A DNA stretch of 64,000 nucleotides from an uncultured delta proteobacterium (GTDB lineage Bacteria; Myxococcota_A; Polyangia; Polyangiales; Polyangiaceae): contig CAWFUX010000049.1 of the NCBI GenBank assembly GCA_963819085.1, positions 24,382-88,381 of the forward strand. The letters run 5' to 3'. The notes below the pieces were generated by a model. That model was not told where the DNA came from. It saw only the letters and a program-made list of their open reading frames with translations, and did not search any database. Positions within the stretch are counted from its first letter, which is position 1. Every line of letters begins with the position of its first letter. Positions 30,181-40,715 of the stretch are shown one piece after another. Both the position numbers and the translations under genes were made by a program.

Positions 30181-32727
30181 TTACCTCTGCTTCTGGCCAC
30201 TAGGTGCCACTGCGTGTCGACCGTCTTCGGGCCATTGGTGTTTGGGATAGCGGCGCATGAGTTCGCGTCGAATTGACGGATAGTGCCGATCCCAAAAGCC
30301 GCTCAAGTCTTGGGTAACTTGCACTGCTCGCTGGTTGGGCGCCAATAAGTGCAGCGTGAGTGCCACTCGCCCGCCACAAATGCGGGGCGTATCAGTCATG
30401 CCGAAGAAGTCCTGTAATCGAGATTCTATCCAGGGACCGCGTCCCGCATCGTAATGCACTCTCACCAGACGATTGCCTAGTAATCGGACGTTTTCTGGTG
30501 CAGATTCCCTCAGTATTTTGGCGGAATCTTGACTCAAAGCTTGAACCAATAGAGTCGCGACGGTCTCGCTGTTGATGCCGGCCAAGTCCACGCGACTTGA
30601 GCAAATTTTCAATAATTGTGACCTGATTGCCGACTCGGTAAGTAAAGCATGCTCTGGTAGCAGGCCACATTCAACTAGGGTGCGAATACGCCCCTTCAAT
30701 ATCGACAGAGCTTCGCCACTCGTTAGCCCCTGCTCTTCGGCCACATTAACCAATATTCTCGAAGTGGCCTCGCTCGCACGAGCAACGGTCCGAGCTCCGT
30801 CCAATATCACAGCGCCATATCGCATTAGACTCGTCGTCTCGACACGCCCAGGAGGATCCGCCCAGACCTGCTCTTCCTCGGTCGTCACTTGGTCCTCACA
30901 TAGCTCCAGCAGCCAATTGGGATCAATGCGACAAGCCGTGCGAACCAGGGTCGCGCCTTTTCTCCCGTGCGACGTGCGTTCATCAGCGACCAACGCTACA
31001 AGGTAGGGTGCATTCTGGACAACGCTTTGCTCGCTGAGTTGCGCCGTCGTTCCATTCGTCAACACAAGGCCGCGTTGCCCTGCCTCTCGGCGCCACGCCA
31101 CGCGATCAGGGAATGCCAGTAATAGGGCTTTTGAAAGTGCCGAATCGCTCGACTCGGTTGGCACCGAAAGATCCCGGATGCAGCCTAGCAATTGACGTTG
31201 CGCAGCAGCAACACCGCGTGCAGTTCTCGCGTCGATTCGCTCCCGCGCGCAAATATCGGGCCGAAAATCCTGAGACTCGGCATATTCGAAGGCCTCTATG
31301 AGTTCCTCAACGTCACTGTCACCTGCATGAATGTCGGTGGGCCGGAAATTGCCTGACAATTGGGCGCGCGAGTCAATTCGCAAATCTCTCTCGGATAGTA
31401 GCGCTGCAACGAGACAGCCAAGGCTGGCTATTCCCATACGCTGCGATTCCAGCACTAGTCGGGCCAATCGAGGGTGCAGCGGGAGTCGGAGCATTCGCTT
31501 ACCCAACTCTGAAAGCGTTCGATCCGGTAAAACTGCGTTCAATCTCGAGAGCAGGTTTTCAGCAGCCTGCAATTGTGCCGGAAAGGGAGAGTCCACGAAC
31601 GGCAATTCACTAAAATCTTTGACACCTACACCCCGAGTCAAAAGTATCACTTCGCAGAGATCAAGGCGGAGCAATTCGGGCACTTCAAATTCCGAGCGAG
31701 ATTCGAAGTCTGCCCGAGTATATAGCCGCATCACATTGCCAGGCATAAGTCGGCCTGCGCGACCTGCGCGCTGTGTCGCTGAGGCTTTGCTCACCTTCTG
31801 GATTTCCAGAGTGGACAGCCCCGACCAGGGTGAACACGCCGCCACGCGCGACAAGCCCGAATCGACAACGCCCACGATTCCGGGAATCGTAACGGATGAT
31901 TCGGCGACATTGGTGGCTAGTACTATTTTTCTACGACTGTTCTGTTGCAGCACCTCAGCCTGCTTGTGAAGGGGCATATCCCCGTGTAATGGAAACAAGT
32001 CCAGGTCGTTGTCCGTCGCTAACTTCGATAGCGCCTCAGTTGACCGGCGAATTTCGAGTGCGCCCGGGAGGAAAACCAAGAAGCTTCCAGCGGAGAAGGC
32101 GCGCAGAAGTGAACGTACCGCGCTCAATACCTGCTTCTCTAGGGGGCGGTCATCGGGTTGTGCCGCGTACTCGATATTTATTGGATACAAGTGGTCTTCG
32201 GAACCAAAATAGGGACAGTCGCCCATCAACTTCTGAATACGTTCACCTTGAAGGGTTGCACTCATGACTAATATCAGGAGATCAGGGCGAACTGTCAATT
32301 GCGCTCGGAGCGCGAGTGCCAGGAGCAGGTCCGTATCTAGGTGCCGTTCGTGAAATTCGTCGATGACTACACAACCGACATCTCGTAGTTCAGGATCGTT
32401 CAGCAAACGACGAAGCAAAACACCGCTCGTTACGTAAAGCAGTCGCGTGTCGGGGCCGCGTACCTCTTCGAATCGAACACGATATCCGACCAACTTTCCT
32501 ACGGGCTGCCCTAACTCGGAAGCAACACGATTGGCAAGCAGTCGCGCGGCGATACGTCGAGGTTCAGCCACCACTACATGCTGTGAAGGGGAAATTTTCG
32601 AGAGCAGCGAAGGTGGGACACGGGTCAACTTTCCCGTACCGGGTGGCGCCTGCAGGACAACACGGCGCTCGCGGGCCAATGCCTCTGCTATCGGAACCAA
32701 CAGGTGATCTATGGGAAGACTTTGCAT
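30181..32727 (-). CDS. hrpB: ATP-dependent DEAH-box helicase HrpB
   Basis: The Walker A region is APPGTGKLT and the DEAH box is VIDEFHERH. The helicase-C and HA2 regions are present. The HrpB-specific C-terminus is FWDRHYPSIRRELMRRYPKHQWPEDG. Confidence 0.88.
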   Translation of the reverse strand: MQSLPIDHLLVPIAEALARERRVVLQAPPGTGKLTRVPPSLLSKISPSQHVVVAEPRRIAARLLANRVASELGQPVGKLVGYRVRFEEVRGPDTRLLYVTSGVLLRRLLNDPELRDVGCVVIDEFHERHLDTDLLLALALRAQLTVRPDLLILVMSATLQGERIQKLMGDCPYFGSEDHLYPINIEYAAQPDDRPLEKQVLSAVRSLLRAFSAGSFLVFLPGALEIRRSTEALSKLATDNDLDLFPLHGDMPLHKQAEVLQQNSRRKIVLATNVAESSVTIPGIVGVVDSGLSRVAACSPWSGLSTLEIQKVSKASATQRAGRAGRLMPGNVMRLYTRADFESRSEFEVPELLRLDLCEVILLTRGVGVKDFSELPFVDSPFPAQLQAAENLLSRLNAVLPDRTLSELGKRMLRLPLHPRLARLVLESQRMGIASLGCLVAALLSERDLRIDSRAQLSGNFRPTDIHAGDSDVEELIEAFEYAESQDFRPDICARERIDARTARGVAAAQRQLLGCIRDLSVPTESSDSALSKALLLAFPDRVAWRREAGQRGLVLTNGTTAQLSEQSVVQNAPYLVALVADERTSHGRKGATLVRTACRIDPNWLLELCEDQVTTEEEQVWADPPGRVETTSLMRYGAVILDGARTVARASEATSRILVNVAEEQGLTSGEALSILKGRIRTLVECGLLPEHALLTESAIRSQLLKICSSRVDLAGINSETVATLLVQALSQDSAKILRESAPENVRLLGNRLVRVHYDAGRGPWIESRLQDFFGMTDTPRICGGRVALTLHLLAPNQRAVQVTQDLSGFWDRHYPSIRRELMRRYPKHQWPEDGRHAVAPSGQKQR

Positions 32728-32765
32728 TTAGAACATGTTTGTTGCAAGACTGCGGTAGCACCCTT

Positions 32766-33485
32766 ATGTCAGGCTACCTTGCACTTTTCGATATGGACCG
32801 AACGCTGCTGGATATCAATACAGCAGCGTTATACGTTCGGTGGCGGCGGCAGCGTGGCCTGAGCACAAGCCTGGATGTCCTGCGGGTTGGAATGTGGATC
32901 TTTAGGTACAAATTTGGATTATTGAATGCCCCACGCGTTGCAGAGAGAGTAATGCATCAATTTCGAGGGGATCGAGAGGATGAACTGCGGTTGGATTGTA
33001 ATCGGTGGTATGAGCAGGAGGTCCGCTCGCATATCGTGGCACAAGGGCGTGCCACCGTTGAGCGGCACCGTGCTTCCGGCGCTGTACTGGCGTTGGTCAC
33101 TAGTGCGACCCGTTACGCCGCGGATCCTTTGGCCGCAGACCTAGGAATACCTCACGTGCTTTGTACTGAATTAGAAGTCACTCAGGCGGGCTGCTTTACG
33201 GGCCGAATCGTGGAGCCCATGTGTTTTGGCGTGGGCAAGGCACAACGGGCCAAGGATTGGGCTCATTCGACCGGGCTGGAACTGAGGCGTGCCTATTTCT
33301 ACACGGACAGCATTACGGATGCTCCGCTACTGCACGTCGTCGCTCACCCGGTCGCGGTGAACCCTGATCCTCGTCTTAAAGAGACTCGCGCGGGCAAATT
33401 CTTGGAAGATAGAGTACTGGAAGACTTGAACGGACATCAGATAGACCGATTCGAATTATTTCTTCTTCGAATCTTTCTTATCTGA
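32766..33485 (+). CDS. HAD-IB family hydrolase (SerB-like); 3' end probably frame-shifted
   Basis: ALFDMDRTLL is the DxDxT motif. LVTSATRY, YTDSITDAPLL and HPVAVNPDPRL are also present. I chose the ATG at 32766 because the track start at 32583 lies inside the hrpB antisense. After ..VNPDPR the +1 frame reads LKRLARANSWKIEYWKT and stops at 33427-33429. That is a typical family C-terminus and removes the overlap with the next gene. Confidence 0.7.
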   Translation: MSGYLALFDMDRTLLDINTAALYVRWRRQRGLSTSLDVLRVGMWIFRYKFGLLNAPRVAERVMHQFRGDREDELRLDCNRWYEQEVRSHIVAQGRATVERHRASGAVLALVTSATRYAADPLAADLGIPHVLCTELEVTQAGCFTGRIVEPMCFGVGKAQRAKDWAHSTGLELRRAYFYTDSITDAPLLHVVAHPVAVNPDPRLKETRAGKFLEDRVLEDLNGHQIDRFELFLLRIFLI

Positions 33486-33879
33486 CTTCTCAGCAACCGT
33501 GCAATCAACCGGCGCGGCAACGCACTTATGCTGAATATTGCACTGCTTCATGATGAGAACTTCCATACAGTCGTGGTTGCCAGGCGCGCACTCAGTGCAG
33601 GGCGCGCCGCAAGAGTTGGCCTTGTCGTCACACGACTTGAATGGTCCCTTTTGCGCACTCGACCTTTCGCCGCTGCTCGAACTGCTTGAAGTGTCACTGC
33701 CACTCGAGGACGACTTCGACTTATGTCCGCTCGAAGGTTCGGAGTCGTCGTCAGTCGAATCCGTTCCCGGCATTCTTGGGTTCCTCATATTCCACTGGCT
33801 TCAGGCGAGGCCCACAGGCAACAATGGCAGCTGTACCCGCAACGACCATTATTCTCAGAGATAGAAATGATAGGGTCAC
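33456..33879 (-). CDS. Small lipoprotein with Ser-rich linker and 8-Cys C-terminal domain (needs one frame change)
   Basis: A GTG at 33879 is preceded by AAGGAG at a 7-nt spacing. It opens MTLSFLSLRIMVVAGTAAIVAC-G, a signal peptide with lipobox, in the frame of track ORF 33751-34023. That frame stops at 33751. The +1 frame (track ORF 33456-33788) continues with STDDDSEPSSGHKSKSSSSGSD..., then an 8-Cys block and a Lys-rich tail. The shift lies within 33751-33800. Confidence 0.5.
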
Positions 33880-34162
33880 CAGAGGGCTCCTTCGAAGTGC
33901 ATGGGGGTGCGTCAGCCACACCGACCATAGCCTCTGGTACCCCGAGCAGAAGCTTGCCTGCAAGAGCTTTGTGACCTTGCAGAGGGCAATTGGCGTAACT
34001 TTTCCGATTCCAAAGTCAATCATTGCGGTAAATCCGCTTCCGCCGGCCGGAAATTTCTGCGCAATGCGGACCTAGGGCCCCAAATTATGCCAAATGGTGG
34101 TCCGCGGGCCACCACCGGCCTTCGACGGGGGACGCCTCGGCAAAGTATCGTAGGCTTGGCGC

Positions 34163-35734
34163 ATGCCAGTAGTGCGCAACCGCCCTCCCCGCTCTTTACC
34201 TCGCCAAAACCGACTGTGCATCGCCGTCATCTGCACGGTTTTCGTATTGCTCGCGTTACCTGTGGTCGCGTGGGCACAAGCCACAAAAAACTTCCCCGCA
34301 CTGCAGCCGAACGGGAAATCCAAACCGTTGCCGATTGTTTCCGCACAACAAACTAAGAAAGCCGTAACGGCGGACAAGTCCGCTGTGCCCGCGTCAAGGC
34401 ACAGCGTCGAAGCCCCTTCCAGCGACGGCGCCGCCGCGCCAGACATATTCATTAACTTCGAGAAGTATCAACTGAGCAACGGGCTTGAAGTAATTCTGCA
34501 TCGCGACACATCGCTACCGTTAGTCGCTGTAAGTGTTTGGTATCACGTGGGACCCATCAATGAGCCGCCCAAACGCAGTGGCTTCGCTCACCTATTCGAA
34601 CATTTGATGTTTGCAGGGTCACTCCATGTGGGCACGCAATTCGACCAACTTCTTGAGTCAATCGGAGCGACCAATGTAAACGGTACGACGAATTGGGATA
34701 GAACCAACTACTTTGAAACAGTGCCAAGTGAATACCTAGAATTGGCGCTTTGGATCGAGAGTGACAGGATGGGATTTCTAATCGAAGGAATCGGACAAAA
34801 GGCACTCGATATTCAACGAGATGTAGTCAAAAACGAACGGCGTCAGAGCTTTGAAAATGCGCCGTACGGGCCTAGTAGCCTTGCCATGATGGATACGCTC
34901 TTCCCAGAGGGGCACCCCTATCACGGAGCCGTAATTGGTTCGATGCAGGATCTCTCTGCCGCTACGTTCGACGACGTCAAGAACTTCTACAGAGACTATT
35001 ACGCACCTAGCAACGCAACAGTTGCCCTGGCTGGGGATTTCGACATATCCCAGGCTAGAACGTTGATCGACAAATACTTCGGCACGCTACGCAAGTTGCC
35101 AAAACCGGCTTCGGCCTCCAGTCGCCCAACCTCACCGATAGTAGGCACCCGGCTCGAGATCACCGAACCGGTTCAAATTGCGAAGGTTGCCTTCGGTTGG
35201 GTAACACCGCCCGCTTACCAGCCAGGATCGGCGGCTCTTGAAATCGCCGCGGAAGTATTGGCTGGCGGCAAAGCGACGCGCCTATATCGTTCTCTAGTAG
35301 TTGAGCAGAAGCTAGCAGCCGATGTCGACGCGGATGCCGACGATAATGCACTAGGCACGCTGTTCACGGTTAACGCGTTCGCGAAAACAGGCGGTTCCAC
35401 CGAACGACTCGAACGCGCGTTATCCGCTGAAATTTCGGGGCTAGCTCAGCATCCGCCAACGGCGGCTGAACTTCATCGGGCAAAAAGTCGCACCCTATTG
35501 GGGGTGACTCGTGACCTACAATCACTCAACGGACACGGTGGCGAATCAGGTCGCGTGGGCCAATTGCAAAGATTCAACCAATATTTGGGAAACCCCGGGG
35601 CAATTCGAGAGTGGTATCAGCAGGTCTGGAGAGTCTCAGCAAGCGATGTCAGTGAAGCAGCTGCCAAATGGCTTGATGAAGCGCATCGAGTTACCGTGGT
35701 AACTCGACCCACACAGAAAGGTGCGCAGCCATGA
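34163..35734 (+). CDS. Exported M16-family zinc peptidase (active subunit, HxxEH)
   Basis: It has a signal peptide (LCIAVICTVFVLLALPVVAWAQA). The inverted zinc motif is GFAHLFEHLMFAGS. The downstream NGTTNWDRTNYFE glutamate region is present. Confidence 0.85.
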   Translation: MPVVRNRPPRSLPRQNRLCIAVICTVFVLLALPVVAWAQATKNFPALQPNGKSKPLPIVSAQQTKKAVTADKSAVPASRHSVEAPSSDGAAAPDIFINFEKYQLSNGLEVILHRDTSLPLVAVSVWYHVGPINEPPKRSGFAHLFEHLMFAGSLHVGTQFDQLLESIGATNVNGTTNWDRTNYFETVPSEYLELALWIESDRMGFLIEGIGQKALDIQRDVVKNERRQSFENAPYGPSSLAMMDTLFPEGHPYHGAVIGSMQDLSAATFDDVKNFYRDYYAPSNATVALAGDFDISQARTLIDKYFGTLRKLPKPASASSRPTSPIVGTRLEITEPVQIAKVAFGWVTPPAYQPGSAALEIAAEVLAGGKATRLYRSLVVEQKLAADVDADADDNALGTLFTVNAFAKTGGSTERLERALSAEISGLAQHPPTAAELHRAKSRTLLGVTRDLQSLNGHGGESGRVGQLQRFNQYLGNPGAIREWYQQVWRVSASDVSEAAAKWLDEAHRVTVVTRPTQKGAQP

Positions 35735-37239
35735 TTTCAGTCTGCAAGTACCCAATAACGCTTCTGGCCGTTATAAGTGTCTCGTCATATCTGGGATGCG
35801 AACCATCTGGTCGTAACACTCACGTTAAGCCGACCGCCCCACCACCTACCCCGTTACTTTCGCACTCCGACCCGGAAGCTTGGCGAAAACAAGTGCCGGT
35901 ATCCGGTGCCTCCGGACCGGTGAATATTCCTAAGCCTCAAGTTGCTACTTTGGAAAATGGCATGACCATCTATGCCATCGCTCGGCCAACTGGAATCGTG
36001 TCGATGTCCGTCGTCATAAAACAAGGGGCGGAGGCGGTACCGCCTGGGAAAAGTGGACTAGCTGCGCTAACCGCACGCATGTTGACGGAGAGTACCCGCA
36101 ATCGAAATCCATTTCAGTTAGCTGAGGCGGCAGAAGATTTTGGGTCCACTCTACAATCCAATGCGCAACGAGATCTGCTAGAGGTGTCATTGGAATCGCT
36201 GCCGAGCGACACGGAGCGTGCCATCGAGCTACTATCAGAAGTGGTCAGGGAACCGGCATTTTCGAGCCAAGACTTCGAGCGAGTTAGGAGCCAGTGGCTC
36301 GACGATCTTTTGGCAGAACGACAATCACCAGGGGGACTGGCAGCGCTGGTTGGCATTCGAGCACTCTACGGCGCAAGTCGTGGTGCACCTGTCAACGGCG
36401 GCGTAAGCGACGTGAAGAAGCTCACGCTCTCGGATCTTAAGGGATGGCATTCCCAATACGTCGTACCAGGCGATGCAGCACTTGTTGCAGTGGGGCCGAT
36501 TGACCCAGGTTTTCTTTTCACGGTCGCCAAACATGCGTTTGGCAGCTGGCGCAAAGTGCAGTCACCACAGTCGTCGGTGCAATATTCAGCGTCTCCGCAT
36601 AGCAGCAACAACGTGGTCGTAGTGAACCGCAAAGACGCCGTGCAGAGCGCTTTATTTGTCGCGCAACCATTTCCCCGCCGACTCGAAGGCGGTCATGAGG
36701 CGCGCCTGCTCTTGAACGACATCTTCGGAGGACTATTCACCTCCCGCATAAACATGAACCTGCGCGAGGCACACGCCTACACCTATGGAGCTCACTCATC
36801 AGTCGTAGCCAATCGCAATTTTGGCGTATTTATCGTCCAGACGAATGTAAGGACCGATGTAACCGCAAAGGCGCTAAAGGAACTGATCGGCGAATTAGCG
36901 GCGATTAGCGCTCCAACGACAAATCGCCCGATTGCGAACGAAGAACTGCAGCGCGCTCGCGCCGACCTCGTCCATCGTTTGGGCGCTCGTCTCGAACAGA
37001 ATAGATATCTTGTTAGTGATCTGGAGACCATCTTCGCTGAGAGACTAGGTAGTGACTATTTTGCGACACTCCCAGCCACATATGCTCAACTGGATAATGC
37101 CCAGGTTGAGAAACAAGCCTTGCTCATCGAGCCTAACAAATGCACGATTGTAATTGTAGGCGACCAAGAAAAGATTGAACCCGGGCTAATTCAAGCAGGT
37201 TTCAAGATCACTGCACCCGAATCAGAATGGCTCGACTGA
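35731..37239 (+). CDS. M16-family peptidase-like lipoprotein, no HxxEH (non-catalytic partner)
   Basis: Its start overlaps the previous stop (ATGA). The lipobox is SSYLGC. It shows M16 C-terminal-domain-like similarity but no HxxEH motif. Confidence 0.75.
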   Translation: MISVCKYPITLLAVISVSSYLGCEPSGRNTHVKPTAPPPTPLLSHSDPEAWRKQVPVSGASGPVNIPKPQVATLENGMTIYAIARPTGIVSMSVVIKQGAEAVPPGKSGLAALTARMLTESTRNRNPFQLAEAAEDFGSTLQSNAQRDLLEVSLESLPSDTERAIELLSEVVREPAFSSQDFERVRSQWLDDLLAERQSPGGLAALVGIRALYGASRGAPVNGGVSDVKKLTLSDLKGWHSQYVVPGDAALVAVGPIDPGFLFTVAKHAFGSWRKVQSPQSSVQYSASPHSSNNVVVVNRKDAVQSALFVAQPFPRRLEGGHEARLLLNDIFGGLFTSRINMNLREAHAYTYGAHSSVVANRNFGVFIVQTNVRTDVTAKALKELIGELAAISAPTTNRPIANEELQRARADLVHRLGARLEQNRYLVSDLETIFAERLGSDYFATLPATYAQLDNAQVEKQALLIEPNKCTIVIVGDQEKIEPGLIQAGFKITAPESEWLD

Positions 37240-37245
37240 GACGGG

Positions 37246-37626
37246 TTAAATCGGATGAAGCCTGACGGCACAAATGAATAGGACGAGCACCGACAGCCCG
37301 ACAACAACCACAACCCAGTTGCTTTCCAGCAAAATTATCCAATGCCTTGGAGAGAGCCAGCGAGCAATACCCCGGGTGCGGGTCACCTGCGTGACATCAG
37401 CCGGATCGCCAGAAAACGAATTCCTGGCAGCTTGCACTTCGCTGACCACAACCGAGCGAGTCTCTTGCTCGATAGAAAGTGCAGGTTTGGGTTGACGTGC
37501 ATCAAAATGAAGCGTGACGGCTGATGCGCCAAGGAGTTCGTCGTCAGCCACTTCGATTCTTGGATCAGAACCAAGAAGGTGCCGCAGTACAACCATCGTA
37601 TTTAATATAGCACCGCATAATTCCAA
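37246..37626 (-). CDS. Hypothetical protein with C-terminal TM helix
   Basis: There is only an ORF and one hydrophobic segment (NWVVVVVGLSVLVLFICAV). No family is recognised. Confidence 0.3.
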   Translation of the reverse strand: MELCGAILNTMVVLRHLLGSDPRIEVADDELLGASAVTLHFDARQPKPALSIEQETRSVVVSEVQAARNSFSGDPADVTQVTRTRGIARWLSPRHWIILLESNWVVVVVGLSVLVLFICAVRLHPI

Positions 37627-37830
37627 TTAAGCACTAAATATTTGTGTTCACGTTCGCTTTTTCGTCGCCACATACACTTACGCCAATTGGCGTCGTTTGC
37701 GCATAACCCACTACAATTCCCTGCAAGCGACACCCAACATTTCAGGCGATTCTCTCCGCTGTTCTAAACTGCAATGCTAGAAAATCGTGGGTTCGATAAA
37801 TTCCTCCAATTCCCATCATTGCCATAAGCC

Positions 37831-39856
37831 GTGACTCAACCCGTACTCGTCGTCGATGATGATGCAATTAGCAGGCACATACTCGTCCAGACACTGACGT
37901 CGGCGGGGCTAAAAGCAATTGCCGTGGGTGATGGGGATGCGGCAATCAGTTGGCTTTCGAATAACGAGCCAGCAATCATATTGCTCGACTTGGTTATGCC
38001 GGGAACGGACGGATACTCAATATTGCACCACGTGCGTGCTCATCCAACGCTTGCACCAATACCCATAGTGGTACTGACCGCCCTGGATTCCGACGAGGAA
38101 ATACAGCGAGTATTTCTGGAAGGTGCGGACGACTACGTTCATAAGCCATTTCGACCCACCGAGCTGATTGCAAGAATTCGAGGTCAATTACAACTTCGCG
38201 AGTCATTGGACCGCTTGAGTCGTCGGGAACGAAATGCGCAGACTGTAGTTGAGCTAACCCAAACCCTGGCATCGTCACTGGAAATTCGCACGATACTTCA
38301 TACGGTGGTTGCTCGTCTTGCCCAGCTAGTCAAGGTCAACCGATGTAGCATCGTGCTAGTAGGAGAGGCTCAAAATATTGGGTTTGTCGTGGCCACAAGT
38401 GATGACGAAAAACTGCGTGACCTCCCCATCGAACTGCAGAAATATCCGGAGATCGTCCAGGTGCTGCGCACGGGGGAAACGCTCGTAATTCGCGGAGCGC
38501 CCAATCACCCGTTGTTGCAGTCAGTTAGCGATCACGTGGCGCATCTTAGCATTTAACTCATTGGCGCTCGTTCCAATTTTGCACGAAAATAACCCGCACG
38601 GCGTGATATTCATGCGCGCTTTGGGCGACGCATCCTTTGGAGATGACGAGTTGGCGCTAGTCCGTACCGTCGCCAATGCTACATCCATTGCGCTACGCAA
38701 TGCGCGAGTCCTTCAATCGTTGCGCGATGAAACGCGAATGAGCGCGACCGCGCGCGTCGAAGCGGAACACAGGGTTCAATTATTTCAACGTTACGCCGAC
38801 TTTTTCGAGAGTGCCGCAGACGGCATGATGGTGGTCGATCGAGCGGGCTCGGTACTTTTCGCCAACCCTCGAGCCCGAGAGATTACTGGGTTCTCGGAGG
38901 CGGAACTCATGCGAATGCGACTGTCTGCCCTTTGCGACAAGTCGGAGTCTGCTCGTGTTCAGCGACTGCTGCGCGGCTTTCGCGATGGGGTTTACCCGAG
39001 AGGCGTGGATTTGGGCATCAGTCGTCGGGACGCCGAGCGAGTGATTCTGAGCGTAAGTTTCAGCAGCGTGCTGCACGATGACGACGCAATTGTATTGGGG
39101 TTTCGAGATGTCACGGTTGAACGGCGCACCGCCATCGAATTGGAGCAGACCAAGGAATTCTTGGAACGAATGATCGACAGTTCAGTCGATGCAATTGTTT
39201 CGACGGACTTGCAGGGCACTATTCTGCTCTTCAACCGTGCTGCTTCACGAATGTTCCGCTACGATCCAACAGCTGTCGTCGGGAAAATGTCGGCAGCCAA
39301 ATTGTACCCTAACTCGGCCGCGCGTAGCGTGCTCCGACGACTCGTAGATCGACGCTATGGTAACTGGGGGCAGCTGGAGAGCTACCGAGTCCAAGTTCTA
39401 TCAAGTCAGGGCGAGACGATTCCAGCGTCCTTGTCTGCAGCCTTCATCGTCGAAAATGGACGGCCCATTGGAACCGTCGGGATTTACACGGATTTACGTG
39501 AGCGACTCCGAATGGAACAACGGTTACAAGCGGCCCAGGACGAGCTCAGAAATCGAGAGCGGCAGTCGATTCTGGCGGAATTGGCAGGGGCCGCCGCACA
39601 TGAACTCAATCAGCCATTGACGAGTATCATTGGGTACTCTGAATTGCTTTGCCGCCAGCTGCCCGTGCAGGGGCCCTTGTCCCATGCCGCTTCCGTAATC
39701 ATCAATCAGGCTGAGCGAATGGCGGAGATTGTCAGACGAATTGGCAAGATTACGAAATATGAGACCATGAGCTACGTAGGGGATGCGACGATCTTGGACC
39801 TGGAAAAGGCAAGTCGCGAGCAGCTTTCCGACGAAGAACCGAGCAAGAGACAGTAG
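37831..39856 (+). pseudogene. Response-regulator receiver - GAF - PAS - PAS - HisKA(DHp) protein, one frame disruption; no HATPase domain
   Basis: The pieces are 37831-38556 and 38561-39856. The REC domain shows VLVVDDD, DLVMPGTDG and KPF. The GAF domain is split by the stop. Frame 1 ..SVSDHV joins frame 2 RILAFNSLALVPILHENNPHGVIFM if one G of the GG at 38538-39 is removed. Two PAS-like regions follow, then the H-box AAHELNQPLTSIIGYSELL. The protein ends about 85 aa later with no N/G1/G2 boxes. Confidence 0.8.
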
Positions 39857-39901
39857 GCTGCAAACATGATGCGCGCAGGAGACTGAAGCGTTCAGATTCC
39901 C

Positions 39902-40507
39902 CTAATGTCCAAGCATTTCACTCGCCAGTGTATGCTGAAGACGGCGTCGCGCATGGAAAAGTCGGCTCATCACGGTGCCTTTGGAAATGTGTAGGTTCTC
40001 CGCCATTTCTTGATAGCTCATTCCGTCAACTTCTCGCATGACGATCACCGCTCGATGATAGGGCGGCAGTTGAGTTAGGGCCGCAGTCAGCCGTTGGTCG
40101 AGTTCTGACCGACTCATGGCTTCATGAGGGTCAGAATTACTGATCCTAGGTAACTCGAACGATCGGCTATCATCCGCGCATTCCGCAATTGATTCCCAGC
40201 CCACTCGCTGCCGATACGGCCGACGTTTGGCATCTACGGCGAGATTGACGACGATCCGATAGAGCCAAGTGTAAAAACTAGACGTGCCACGAAATCCGCC
40301 AAGACCGAGATGCACCCGTAGGAATGCGTCTTGAACTAGTTCCTGAGCGTCATGTTCGTTGCGGACGAAACTCAAGGCCAGTTGTTGTACGCGACGTTCA
40401 TATCGTCCCACCAATTGAGAGAATGCCCCCGTATCACCCGCTCGAATTCGTCCCACCAACTCGTCATCACTTTCTTGATAGGATTCGATGCCCTGGACGC
40501 CGCGCAC
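39902..40507 (-). CDS. ECF (sigma-70 family, group 4) RNA polymerase sigma factor
   Basis: Region 2 is ELVQDAFLRVHLGLGGFRGTSSFYTWLYRIVVNLAVD. Region 4 is MSYQEMAENLHISKGTVMSRLFHARRRL. Confidence 0.85.
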   Translation of the reverse strand: MRGVQGIESYQESDDELVGRIRAGDTGAFSQLVGRYERRVQQLALSFVRNEHDAQELVQDAFLRVHLGLGGFRGTSSFYTWLYRIVVNLAVDAKRRPYRQRVGWESIAECADDSRSFELPRISNSDPHEAMSRSELDQRLTAALTQLPPYHRAVIVMREVDGMSYQEMAENLHISKGTVMSRLFHARRRLQHTLASEMLGH

Positions 40508-40715
40508 TGTTCTGGCCCACCGCTCGTCTGCTCAGTCTTACGTAGGCGTGGCGAATAAGAGGGTGGAAACGAGGGTTTCCTAGTCGTTACGACAAATTGA
40601 ATTGTTGGCCGCTCTTGACCTAGTTCAGCTATAAATGCGTTCACGCACACAGATACGCCAGGCAACCTGGAAATCTCCCCTGAAGCTTGGCGGACGTGGC
40701 CCGAGTACCCAAACG

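Noticed and set aside
37780-37800. A tRNA-like GGTTCGA (T-loop-like) string in the intergenic region before the REC-GAF gene
   Set aside because: I found no complementary T-stem, acceptor stem or anticodon arm around it, so it does not form a cloverleaf.
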